DNA of 64,000 bases from Adineta vaga. Lineage: Eukaryota; Animalia; Rotifera. The position numbers were made by a program, and so were the translations under genes. The stretch's first letter is position 1, and each line of letters begins with the position of its first letter. Positions 1 to 12,025 of this stretch are shown here, piece by piece. Location: the NCBI GenBank assembly GCA_021613535.1, contig CP075494.1, positions 16,306,001-16,370,000 on the forward strand. The letters are read 5' to 3'. Under the pieces are notes generated by a model. That model was not told the origin of the DNA. It made no database searches and was given only the letters and a program-made list of their open reading frames with translations.

Positions 1-213
1 ATTCTCCATGAGCAGAAGATATGTAAAAATAAAATCTGAAGTGATTTTTTTCAAGGTGAATAATTATATACGTATGCTTATAAGAGTATTTCATTTTACA
101 ATTCTTTTCAATTTCATTGGCATCCGGAGTGTATATTAACCAATGACATCCACAATCTCCATCAACAATAAGTATAGAAAATGATGACTTTCAAATTCTT
201 TATCTATTTTGAA

Positions 214-1357
214 TTAATAATATAATTCTGCACTATTTAGATAGTTATTGCTGGATTCTCCACCAATCACTAATACTCTTCCATTCGGTAATAAGGATGC
301 TGTATGTTTGTATCGTTCATAATTCATTCTTTCAAAAGTCGTTGTCCATTTTCCTGTTAATGGATCATAAATTTCCACTCTATTTGTAGAAGTTGTATTA
401 TATCCGCCTGCAACTAAGACTTTTCCATTTGATAATACAGTTGCTGTATGTTTATATCGTGAATCTCGAAGGTTACTAGTAATATTCCAAGTATCAAGTA
501 ATGGATCATATAGAATAACTTTATTCGTTACATCAATACTACCAGTATATCCACCACTAATCATAATTCTTCCATCCATTAATGCAGATGCTACATGTTC
601 TCTTATTGGTGTAAGCATTTTAGTAGTGTTGTACCATCCTAAATAGAAACTTAACAATCATCTTAACATCCTAATTTCTTTTCTATTCATTAAATCTTGC
701 GATATGAACATATTAAAGATTAAAATATACGTATATTCATAAATCATTTCTGTTTTTTTACTAATCGAAAAGAAGAAATTGACCTATATAATAATCATTA
801 ATTTATAACATACTTCTCATTGTAGCAGTAGTAGTAGTAGTTATAGTTGCGGTTGCAGTTGTAGTTGTGGATGTAAATTCTCTCATAATTGGAATTATAT
901 TGGTTGTAGTTGTATTCATTGCTATTTATTAAGTATTAAGTTATATTCAAAAGTGAATTTTTCATCCTATCTTACTTGTTATTGGACAAATTCGTGGATC
1001 AATCATTGATACTGGATAACAAACAGGTTGTGAAGTACATCGAGGATGATGAACACAAATATGATCATCTTTAGCACAAGTATTGTTTATAGAATCACAT
1101 AAATCATGAGTTGAACAACTTGTCCAAAGAAAACCACATATACCAACATTATTAGCACCAGTCATATGAAAACATCCACATGCACTATTCGATGCACATC
1201 GACCATATTGAGATGTTTCAGAACAAATTGAACAATTCACGTCAATATATCGATAAACTAAAATTAATAATGAAATTTATAAAAAATCAATCAGTTATCG
1301 TTAGCATTACTTGAGAAAGAGAATTAATGTAAAGCAAGAAATTGCTAATATAGTCAT
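214..1357 (-). CDS. Multi-exon secreted-type protein: Cys-rich domain + Thr-rich linker + 3 kelch repeats
   Basis: Kelch exon 214-638 (R-x-x-H-TA-x-x-L-x-NG-x-VLV-x-GG...ELY), Thr-rich exon ~812-920, Cys-rich exon ~968-1257. A signal-peptide-like exon at 1311-1357 is plausible, but its phase does not match the nearest acceptor, so the 5' end is uncertain. Confidence 0.75.
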
Positions 1358-2614
1358 CGCTTGTATATCTATAATATCAAATCAAGATGGTAGTTTTTGT
1401 TTTTATATATACAACATAAAGAATATTGTAGCAATCATACAGCTTAATCTTTATATAATTGAGAATCAGATTCGTCATTTTCTAATAGATTTAATTGTTT
1501 CAACTAATCTTTTTTCTAAGAGAAGAAAAAACACTGAGGGTGTATATGTGAGAGAAATAATCACACGCATATCTTCAAGATATTATAACAAATTACAATG
1601 TATTTTATTGAAAATGGAAAACAAATTTTCAAATTATATTTTACAAGTATTGAATAAAATGTTAACTGTACTTAATGCATTATCTGTTACGAATAAGATC
1701 TAATCAATCATCGTTATTCAAATCTGAGTGAGTGTGTATATTTTAGCTATCTAACACCCTCACCCACTGATTACTCAGAGTATTCATTGCAAGAACGATG
1801 AAGAACAATTGCTACAGATTATCGAGCATCACTGAAAACAAAACGTCAGTGAGTAGATGAACAACGGCATCGAATGATTCAGTTATTTCTGTCCGTTTAG
1901 ATGTCTCCCGAAAGAGATTTTCAATTGAAAGAGTGACGAGCAGTATTCTTCAGTGATGATCAAAGACTCTCGCTCGTCGTCCTCGCTGTCGTCGTCGGAT
2001 ATGACATTGAAGAAAAATACGCACACTCAGTCCGTTGTCAAAAAATATACCACACCCACACCCTCAAGAATCAAGAAATGATTTACTTTTATGATAAAGA
2101 GAAAAAGAAAAACAGAATTCTGAATAGCATATTTCCTCTCAGTTTCACCTCGTTTATTTGTAATTTTCATCAGTATTTTTCTCTTACACTCTAAAGAGAG
2201 TAGTCAAGTTCTTAGAAGTGTAAATGTACATCACCACCCACAGAACATGATAGGCACTAGTACGGGACCTTTGAAGGTCGTGATGAACACTGTAATGAGT
2301 GATTATGGAAAGAACAAGAAAAAAGTCAAGTACTATACATAATGTGTAGAATAAACAACAAACATTGAACCAGGGTGGGTATGGGGTGGGTGTGGGTGTG
2401 GGTGAGGGTGTGGGTGTGGGTGTGGGCACATCTTCTTCTCTCACATCTACACACCTACAGCCACAGCCACAGCCACCCACACCCGCACCCACCCACATCC
2501 ACACCGCATAACACTCAGCTACCTTCACCAACACACTTACCTATATGATATTCACTCCACACCCGCAAGATGCACTTTTCCCCTACATCCTCACTTAGAC
2601 AGTACCCTAACCGC

Positions 2615-2766
2615 TAGTGGCATCGCCAGAAAAAATTGTTATGGGGGGCTCAGCCTATTTTTTGCCCCCTCTAGGGGGGGGGGGCAAACATATAAATTTG
2701 CAGTAGTTTCGAAACTTGGTAGGGGGGGCTCAGCCCCCCCCTATCCCCCCTCTGGATACGCCACTA
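2615..2766. mobile_element. MITE, hAT-like (8-bp TSD)
   Basis: Imperfect TIR TAGTGGCATCGCCAGA / TCTGGATACGCCACTA. TSD CTAACCGC at 2607-2614 and 2767-2774. Internal GGGGGGGCTCAGCCCCCCC palindrome. Confidence 0.85.
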
Positions 2767-3150
2767 CTAACCGCACCATTCTCCTACACCCGAATACTCG
2801 AATAATTGAACGAATACTCGAATTCAAGTTTCAAGTTATACATGTATGAAATTTAAAGTTGCTGTTAAAGTAATCATGTATTTAGATAAATCATACTCAT
2901 CAACAAACGATGAAATCGATATCGAATAATAATTCATATAGGAAAAGTAGAATTATTGTTAATAAAAGCAAATAATGACAAAATAAGTAATAGATAATGT
3001 GTCAGAAAGATTTTGAAAAAAGAAACGTATGATATGATAATGCAATTTAAAATAAAATAAGCAGAAAAAATAATGAATACATAAATGATTTAGAACATTT
3101 CATTTTATGCGTCAATTTATAGAATGAAAGTGTTTTATAATAAAATTCCA

Positions 3151-6100
3151 TTAATAATATTCAGCACTGTTCAAGTAAACACTGGCATTAGCTCCACCTG
3201 CAACTAATACTTTTCCATTTGCTAAAACGGATGCTGTGTGATATCGTCGTAACACACTCATATTTCCTATTGTTGTCCAAGTACCTGTTAACGGATTATA
3301 TAATTCAGCACTACTCAAGTAAACACCATTATTAGATCCACCTGTAACTAGCACTGTTCCATTTGCTAAAACGGATGCTGTGTGCACTACTCGTGGCACA
3401 CTCATATTTCCTGTTGTTGTCCAAGTACCTGTTAATGGGCTGTATAATTCAGCACTGTTTAAGTAAACACCATTATTATATCCACCTGTAACTAACACTG
3501 TTCCATTTGCTAAAACGGTTGCTGTGTGATATTGTCGTGGTACAGTCATATTTCCTATTGTTGTCCAAGTACCTGTTAACGGATTATATAATTCAGCACT
3601 GTTCAAGTTACCACCATTACCATATCCACCAGCAACTAACACTGTTCCATTTGCTAAAACGGTTGCTGTGTGAATTGCTCGTATCACACTCATATTTCTT
3701 ATTGTTGTCCAAGTACCTATTAACGGATTATATACTTCAGGACTGTTCAAGTTACCACCATTATTATATCCACCTGTAACTAACACTGTTCCATTTGCTA
3801 AAACGGTTGCTGTGTGATATGTTCGTGGCACATTCATATTTCCTGTTGCTGTCCAAGTACCCGTTAATGGACTGTATAATTCAGCACTGGTCAAGTAAAC
3901 AGCACCATTCTGTCCACCTGTAACTAACACTGTTCCATTTGCTAAAACGGTTGCTGTGTGATATCCTCGTGACACGCTCATATTTCCTGCTGTTGTCCAA
4001 GTACCTGTTAACGGATTATACAATTCAGCACTATTCAAGCAAACAGCGCCATTACATGCACCTGCAACTAACACTGCTCCATTTGCTAAAACGGTTGCTG
4101 TGTGATATGCTCGTGATGCACTCATATTTCCTGTTGTTGTCCATACTAAAATAGAGCAAATACATTAAAAAAGTGTTTCTGAATATCTTCAAAGCATTTA
4201 TTCGAGAATATTTTTTACTCGGCGATGTTACATATCATGGAATAAGTTTCTACCAATTCGCAAAATTTCATCACTGCTCTCAATACCGGACAGATCAAAT
4301 ACTACTGAATTCCTGGAATTCGTAGAAACTGATTCCGAAATGTTCAACATTACGGAAAAGGATGACTGATCATTAAAGATCAAAAGTTTCAAATAAAAAT
4401 GTTATTTATCATTCAATTATTGCTCTATATGAATTATAGGATCATTTATTCAAACCTTAGGATAAAAATTAAGAGTTTATTATCGAATCTAAAGTATCTT
4501 CGATCTCACATGAGTGATATATATATATCAACAATGTTTATCAATGATAAAGGTGTAAAAAGAGAAAGACAAATCTATTCTTCTTTTATTGCCCAGACAG
4601 ACAAATTGAGAAGAATTACGCGTAAAAACGATTGAAAATGTGCGCTTTTCCCGAATTTATTTTCGTTAGAATTTCAGCGCGTTTTTACCCTGAAAAAAAC
4701 GCCAAAAGTCACATATTTCAGGAAAAAACGCGTAAAAAACGCATTAAAACTTAAACAAAAATAAGCTTGTGAAAATGTACGAATTTTTTTTCTTTAAATT
4801 TTAACGCGTTTTTCCTGAAATATGTGGCTTTTGGCGTTTTTTTTTCAGGGAAAAAACGCGTAAAAACGCGCTGAAATTCTAACGAAAATAAATTCGGGAA
4901 AAGCGCACATTTTCAATCGTTTTTACGCGTAATTCTTCTCAATTTGTCTGTCTGGGTGTTCAATCGTATTTTTATTAATCTTAACAACTTAGAATGTCCT
5001 CTTCAAAACTTGATATCTCAATCAATTTTGTTAATGAATTCAGAAAATGAAATGATGAAACAAAAAAAGATCACTGACATTTTGTTCGACAACTTTTTCG
5101 ATCTTCATTACTCTAAATTTCTTGTAAGTTTATCTTGATCGATTATTGATCAAATAAAAATCCTTTGAATTAAATATAATCGTAATAATATGAAAAGATA
5201 GTTTGTTTTTCAAAATCTGTTCTAACCTTAAATCTGAAAATTCTTGATTGTTAAAAGATTGATGAAAAGAAGGTATAGTTTGATTAATTCATCATAGAAA
5301 TGAACAAAGTGTTTTATCTAGATTTTGTTTACCGGATGGACAAATCGAAGTTTAGACTGGCCAATATCCTCCTTAACTCATAGTAGGTGAACTAATGATT
5401 TAGTTTTACAGGCTTGGCTGTAAGTTTTCGAGTGGGTGAATCGAAATCCTGGGTAGGCGGCGCTCATTCTTCCCACCTTGTAGATAAATTACTATGGAAA
5501 TGAATACACACATGACTTCGAAATTAAGATTTACCCAAAAAGATTAAAATAAACTAATCTCATTTCACTGTGTAATATCAATATTATTTACGAAAATTTT
5601 AAAAATCAAATCAAATAGAACTAACGAAGGAACCGATGCAACTGATTGATCACTTTCTCAACGGAAGGTCCAGAGTCAGAAGCTTTTGACTATGTTAACT
5701 TCGAATGCGAATATAAAAATTGCTCAGAGATTATTCTAACGTGCTCATTTGTAAAACTACTTTTTTAATAATATAAGTATGTTGTGAAATTTTGTTTCCA
5801 TGCAAAAATATTATAGGATGTATCCTTCATATAAATTCAATTAGATACATATCTCAGGAAAAATCGATATGAAATAGAAACAAATCTTGCTTCATAGCCA
5901 TTTCAATATACTCTAGAATAAATTTGCTAAAACTTTAGTGAGGTGAAAATCAGTCTTACAGATAATCACACGTTACAGACCTAGCAGTGTTTCTTATATT
6001 CATATGCGTAATTATTATAGTCGATAACCTCTGACTGTAGGATGTCCGTTGAAAAAGAGGTTAATTAGTTGTATTATGATCTTCTAGTTATAGTTTCTAC

Positions 6101-7478
6101 CATTTTTTCAATGAGAATGACTGTTGCTAAATAAAATAAGAACTTGGTCTTAGCAATCGTTTTCAATAACCTACTAAAAGAACTGATAATTATCTCATTA
6201 TATTACTAACCGCGTGGTCCTTCTGTTGATGTTGTTGTTGATGCTGATGTTGAACTTGTTGTAGTTGAGCTTGATGTTGTTGAGGTTGAAGCTGTTGAGC
6301 TTGAAGTTGTTGACGTTGAGCTGGATGTTGTTGAGGTCGAAGTTGTTGTAGTTGAGCTGGATGTTGTTGAGGTCGAAGTTGTTGATGATGTAGTAGTTGA
6401 TTCTTTTTTTGTGTGAAAAATAAATATCAAAATGAGAAAAAAATGATTCAGCAAGGCATAAGTACAAATTGGTACTGTTTATTTGAAAAGTATGAATATC
6501 ACTCACTTTTAATGAATAACGGTAACTTCTCACATTTACCTCAAAGTCTTCTACTCCTCCTCTTCTACAAGAATGTGGATGTGGATTAAGATAACGACAA
6601 CACCTGTACCCACACCTATACTGCACTTCCAATATAAAGCGTGAAAGTCATTTTCCTTTGGGTCAAAATAGTTATTTCACATACTATTGGTTTTTAGTTT
6701 ATTCACGAAAAATGTACTATCCTAGTCTACTGAGTGTAATGAAATCTAATTTTCACCTAAAACCAGAATAATTAACCCGTGAAAATGTAATTCGAGTAAA
6801 AAACAAAACAGTGAAAACGATTTGGAAATAAGTGGCATGGATTTCATCATGGCCAAAATAGAGATCAAATTGCAAACTTTTATTTCCCATTTGTCAATAG
6901 ACCTAGTGTAACGAACTGGAGATGTTCGGCGTTAATGGCGACAAACTCCCAAACCCTTTGTAAACTTCCGTCCGATAGCTTTCTGCATTGTACTCAGATC
7001 TAGTTCTAAGGAAGCTCTATGGAAGGTTTGACATGTCTGCAACGACCTTCACGCGGCAACCCAAAGTCAACACTAGCTAAGTGCGGATCAATCGGTATAC
7101 GATGCGAAGAGCTCTTTCTTATGGTATATTACAACTATACTAACCTGGCGGCATTCGTGTTCCAGAAATGACTATCATTGTTGTGGTCTCTACGTTTGCT
7201 TGCAAGTTGCTATTTTGATCCACGATGTTGATAAACAATTGACATTTCAAATTTGCCTGTTGAAAAGTGATTGCTTTACATTGAGGTTGCCCTAAACAGT
7301 GGATTTGACATCGTAGGAGGTTCGGTGCAGTAGTAGTAATGAATGGCAAACAAGTTGAGTTAGCACATTGAAATTCCCATCCATTCATGATTGACATTGT
7401 AAACGAGTTTGTATCTTGCATGAGCGATTGTTCGAAAAGGCCGAATAAAAGCAACATTGAAATTCTTATCCAACCCAT
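3151..7478 (-). CDS. Secreted protein: signal peptide + PAN/apple-like Cys domain + Ser/Thr stalk + 7-repeat kelch propeller
   Basis: Exons 7145-7478, 6211-6402 and 3151-4145 join through phase-1 GT-AG introns (..MPP-E-STT..GPR-V-WTTTGNM..). Seven ~47-aa galactose-oxidase-type kelch repeats. Confidence 0.85.
4592..4956. mobile_element. Foldback MITE, CACTA/EnSpm(CMC)-like
   Basis: Long near-perfect inverted arms beginning CCCAGACAGACAAATTGAGAAG and ending CTTCTCAATTTGTCTGTCTGGG. 2-bp TSD TG. Lies in an intron of the kelch gene. Confidence 0.9.
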
Positions 7479-8657
7479 AACTCTTGTAGTCAGACTTTCA
7501 CTTGAGAACAACAATTGTATTTAGAATAAAATGAATATCAACTGCTACTAGTAGAAGCCTTTTTATTCTCTTTTTTCTCTCTCTTTCTTTTCTCTCTTCT
7601 ATAATAAGAATATGCTTTTTATCTTAACCTATATTTTGAAAAAAAAAGTCATATCTTCATGTAATATTCAAAATTACTAAATGAAATATTCAGGATGAGA
7701 ATGGTGTGCTGGTTTTCTTTCAAACATTCTGAATAAATCATGCGCTAAAAAATGCTCCTGTTTCATAGTTATTGCGCAGATGGTAGGCAAAGGTGTTCAT
7801 CTTTTTTCTCCGTGTTCAATGTAGGGCAAAAAAAAAGAAACGAAAAAACACAATGGAGAATATATTATTATAATGAATGCTTGTCTAAGTTCTTTTATCT
7901 GATGACATCGATCTATTCAATATTTAGTTGTTCATTTTCATTCTTTCTTCCAGTTCGATGTTGCTATTACGTAAAAACTCGGCACTGACATTGCTTCTGT
8001 TCATATTTGTATCTGTAACACAGATTTGAATGTTGGCACTAAAGCATCAATAATTAATGACTTTCCATTTCATAATATTTTTCAATTCATCGCGATCTTC
8101 AAACAAGGCTCTAATTACTAATCCTATGATAGTGTTGAGAAGGAAGCACGAAGACGATTACAAAATTAGAGTTTTACCATGAACCGTTTACATTGTTCTA
8201 GAAAATTTTTCTTCATTTCTCTGTGTGACAAAACAATCTGAGCAAATTCATTTAACATTACACAAATACATAGATGTTTTATTAATTTACTTGGAAATTT
8301 TTGAGAGAATATTAAACGATTCGTTTCCAAAAGTTTGTTCAAATGAATGAAGTATTTTTTGTTAATCGTTATTAAAACTACTTGATTACCATCTCCTATA
8401 CTACATCCATTAACTAAATGTGTGAAGAGAATTTATTCCTAGAGTAATGAATTCCTTATCAGAAGTTCTGGTTGGAATTTTCATCTTTCCTTCTTTTATG
8501 ACTTTTGAAAAAAAAAGAAAACAATATCATCGACAAAAAACTGTTGCTATACACAACGTTGTGCAACTGAAGATTGATATGAAAGAACGTTATTTTTGAT
8601 CTACATATAGAGAGTGTGCATTAAGCATATTGTTTTTTAGTGAATTATATTATAGTT

Positions 8658-11600
8658 CAGATCAGATAGGTGCCTTATCTGTTACAGACGTTGGCTAACA
8701 TGATACGCCAATTTTTCCGATCTTGAGCTGCGTGAAGAAAGTCTATTTTCGTGTAACCCTGTTTTTCAATCCAAAGGTTCATGTTTTCAAGATATTTGAT
8801 TCTTGGTCGGCCTTTATCTTTCTTTCCATTGATTTTTCCACTCAATACCAGATGTTCCATGCAACCTTTACGGATTATGTGGCCAAGGAATTTCAGTTGC
8901 CTATAACGGATGGTATTGATTAAAAATCTTTTCGATTTCGTTCTTTTTAATATTGACGCATTGGTTTCTCTAGCAGTCCAAGGTACATTGAGCATCCTTC
9001 TGAGAAACCGCATCTCAGTAGCCTCTAAGCGTTTTTCCATCTCTTTATTGATTGTCCAGCATTCAGATCCATACAAAAGAATCGACCATACATAACATTT
9101 GAGAACTCTTGTTTTAGTATTGATCGATATGGATCTGTTTTTCAAAATCGGACTCATCTTTTGGAAAGCTTGTTTGGAGAGAGCGATTCTCTTTTTGATA
9201 TCTTCATCACATCGGCCATCTGAGGTTATGATTGATCCCAAGTAGTTGAAGTGAGTGACTTGTTTGATTTGTGCACCATATATATTTACATTGCATGTCG
9301 GTGAAATTTTATTCTTTGAAATACTCATGCATTCTGATTTCTTGACATTAAGTGATAGGCCCATTTTTGTACTCTCTGTCGAGACTATATTAATCATCTT
9401 CTGCAACTCTGCTTCGGTGCTTGCTATCAATACAGTGTCGTCTGCATATCTTAGGTTGTTACAGTTGTATCCTCCAATTTTTACGCCTTCAACATCTTCT
9501 AGGTTTCTGAGTATCATTTCACTGTAGATGTTGAAGAGATCTGGAGATAGAACACATCCTTGTCTGACACCTCTCTTGATGTTTGTGTATTCACTTATAT
9601 CATTGTTTACTCTCATGGCGGCTTTTTGATCCCAATAAAGATTTCGAATTAATCGTAGATCTTTGCCATCAATATCGAGTTTCTCCAAAATTTGGAATAG
9701 ACTGTCGTGTTTGACTTTATCAAAAGCTTTTGTGTAGTCAAGGAAACATAGGTATAAGTCATGTTTGACTTCAATTGATCTTTCGATTATCATTCGAAGG
9801 ATGAAGATTGCGTTTCTAGTGCCTTTGTCAGGCATAAAGCCATATTGTTCTTTTGCGATTTCTGGCGTGATTTTATTTTTCATACGCATTATCAGAATCT
9901 TAAGCAAAACTTTTGTGATATGACTCATGAGGCTGATTGTGCGATGTAATTCACATTCAGTAGCTCCAGGCTTTTTTGGAAGTGCTATGAATACTGATTT
10001 TGTTAGATCTTCCGGAATTTCACCCGTATCATATATTTTGTTTATTAGTTTTGTCATGACATCTACACCTAATTCATCGAGACATTGAATCATTTCGATG
10101 GATATTCCATCTGGCCCTGTTGCTTTGTTTGTTTTCATTGATTTTATGGCCAGTCTTACTTCATCTTTCATTATTGGAGGCCCTTCTATATTTTTCTTTA
10201 TGTTAGGCTTAGAAGCTCTATTATCATCGAAGAGTTCCTCTATATATTCTGACCACCTGTTCAGTATGTCACCTTTTTCCATTAGAACGGTTCCATTTTT
10301 CGATTTGATACAACCTGAACTGGTGCATCTTGATTTTCCTGTTATTTCGTTGATCTTTTGATGAGCGAATTTGGTGTTTACACTCAACTTACTTTCGATC
10401 TCTGAACATTGTTCGTTCAACCATTTCTCTTTTGCCTCTGAACATTTCTTTTTGATTGATTTGTCTATCAATTGGTATTCGTGGGGGTTTGACTTCTTCA
10501 GTCGTCTTTGCTCCATTAGTTGTAAAATTTCATTAGTCATCCATCTTTTCTTTTTCTTTAATTGAGTTTTTGGAATTATTTCTTCAGCAGATGTTAGTAT
10601 GGATGATTTCATCTGTTCCCACAATACCTCGGTTTCTGTTATTTGATCTAGTGCTTCAAAACGATTCTGCACTTTTATGCGGAATTTTTCTTTCAGATCT
10701 GCATCAGTTTTCAGAATGTGAACTTGAAGCTTTATATTTTTCTGTGGATGATTTATTCTTTTTAGTTTTACTCGAATTTTGCTAATAACTGGGACATGAT
10801 CGCTACCACAGTCCGCTCCAGGAAATGCTTTAGAGAAAATGATTGAATTCCTGAATCGATGAGGGACCATAATGTAATCTATTTGATTTCTTGCCCGATC
10901 TCCTGGGCTTCGCCATGTCCATAGTCTACGTGGGTGATTTTTGAACCACGTGTTTGTGATTACGAGATTATGTGATTGGCACCAAGTTATTAAGTTATCT
11001 CCTCTGTCATTTTTGTTTCCTAAACCGAAAGGTCCTACTGTATTGCCAATTCTTTTATCTCCCACTTTTGCATTGAAGTCACCCATTACGTAAATGATAT
11101 CATCAGACTTACATTGTTTGTAGGCTTTGTCTAGATCTTCATAGAAGCTCGTGATTGCGTCATCATCATAATCGGCTGTTGGTGCGTAACATTGAATTAA
11201 TGAAGTGTTAAAGGGTTTGCTGTGGAGTTTTACAAGAAGAACTCTGTCTGAAACCGCCCAAACGCCTTGCAAACTCTTGGAGGTTTCTTTGTCAAGAAGC
11301 ATTCCTACTCCTTTCTCGTGTTTGTCTCCTCCAGAGTATAATAAAAGAAAGTTATCAGTTGTAAAAGATCCAGCACCCAGCCATCTGACTTCAGATAAGC
11401 CTAACGCATTTATTTTCATCCGTTCCATTTCGTTCTTTATATTGTCTAATTTTCCTTTCTGAAACATAGTTCTTACATTCCATGTTCCTATTTTGAGTGA
11501 GTTCTTGATTGGGACAGTAGCCTGTTGACGATCGAGGGTCACCTGTCGTACATGACCACCTCTACCGAGCGAGTTGTTCTCTCTGAGAACCCCCTTCACG

Positions 11601-12025
11601 CTGTTATCTTGACTGGAAGTATTGACGTTTATCATGTTGTGCTTGGGAGTGTACAGCGGTGGTTTCCCCTTGCCTTCCGCCGGTTTGGAATGGTTTTCTC
11701 CATTTGATGAATTTGCTAGTCCTGGCTAGCGAGCTCCATCGGCCCAGGATAAGGCTTATGAAATCTCGGTTCGGGAGGAACCTTGTTTCTGGCGGCCTAT
11801 ACTCGCCCTGTCATCCTGTCGTCTTTGGGTTTCTGTGGCATTTTATAAGAGTTTTGGTTCCAAACAAAACCCCACCACACCCTGCTGGCAAGAAGGCTGA
11901 GTATTGTCCGGGACTGTTTATTTGATCAATCGCTTGATCTTATTCGCAGCTAACCATCATACTAATGGCCGTTCCACTATCCGCAACCTGTGGACCCGCT
12001 TGGTAGCATCCAGCTTAGCCCCAAG
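8658..12025 (-). mobile_element. Full-length RTE-clade non-LTR retrotransposon
   Basis: 11-bp TSD ATATTATAGTT at 8647-8657 and 12026-12036. Single EN-RT ORF. Very short 3' end GGCACCT(ATCTG)2. ~390-nt 5' UTR. Confidence 0.95.
8675..11635 (-). CDS. AP-endonuclease / reverse transcriptase (RTE ORF, 986 aa, uninterrupted)
   Basis: EN motifs GTWNVRT, SEVRW, GDFNAKVG, IDYI, SDH. RT motifs QGCVLSP and YADD. Confidence 0.97.
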   Translation of the reverse strand: MINVNTSSQDNSVKGVLRENNSLGRGGHVRQVTLDRQQATVPIKNSLKIGTWNVRTMFQKGKLDNIKNEMERMKINALGLSEVRWLGAGSFTTDNFLLLYSGGDKHEKGVGMLLDKETSKSLQGVWAVSDRVLLVKLHSKPFNTSLIQCYAPTADYDDDAITSFYEDLDKAYKQCKSDDIIYVMGDFNAKVGDKRIGNTVGPFGLGNKNDRGDNLITWCQSHNLVITNTWFKNHPRRLWTWRSPGDRARNQIDYIMVPHRFRNSIIFSKAFPGADCGSDHVPVISKIRVKLKRINHPQKNIKLQVHILKTDADLKEKFRIKVQNRFEALDQITETEVLWEQMKSSILTSAEEIIPKTQLKKKKRWMTNEILQLMEQRRLKKSNPHEYQLIDKSIKKKCSEAKEKWLNEQCSEIESKLSVNTKFAHQKINEITGKSRCTSSGCIKSKNGTVLMEKGDILNRWSEYIEELFDDNRASKPNIKKNIEGPPIMKDEVRLAIKSMKTNKATGPDGISIEMIQCLDELGVDVMTKLINKIYDTGEIPEDLTKSVFIALPKKPGATECELHRTISLMSHITKVLLKILIMRMKNKITPEIAKEQYGFMPDKGTRNAIFILRMIIERSIEVKHDLYLCFLDYTKAFDKVKHDSLFQILEKLDIDGKDLRLIRNLYWDQKAAMRVNNDISEYTNIKRGVRQGCVLSPDLFNIYSEMILRNLEDVEGVKIGGYNCNNLRYADDTVLIASTEAELQKMINIVSTESTKMGLSLNVKKSECMSISKNKISPTCNVNIYGAQIKQVTHFNYLGSIITSDGRCDEDIKKRIALSKQAFQKMSPILKNRSISINTKTRVLKCYVWSILLYGSECWTINKEMEKRLEATEMRFLRRMLNVPWTARETNASILKRTKSKRFLINTIRYRQLKFLGHIIRKGCMEHLVLSGKINGKKDKGRPRIKYLENMNLWIEKQGYTKIDFLHAAQDRKNWRIMLANVCNR

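Noticed and set aside
2184-2534. ORF with PTPTP and GCGCG runs (also 29561-29827)
   Set aside because: Translation of the telomere-like hairpin repeats.
3507-4154. Repeated + strand ORFs; array resembling a CRISPR
   Set aside because: Antisense of the 141-nt kelch coding repeats. There are no unique spacers and no cas genes.
5365-5480. Possible tRNA/SINE head
   Set aside because: Only a degenerate B-box-like stretch, with no cloverleaf.
5971-6913. CGTTACA-GACCTAG ... GACCTAG-TGTAACG, LTR-like termini with a shared flank
   Set aside because: The order is inside-out for a solo LTR with TSD, and no partner LTR, PBS or coding region was found.
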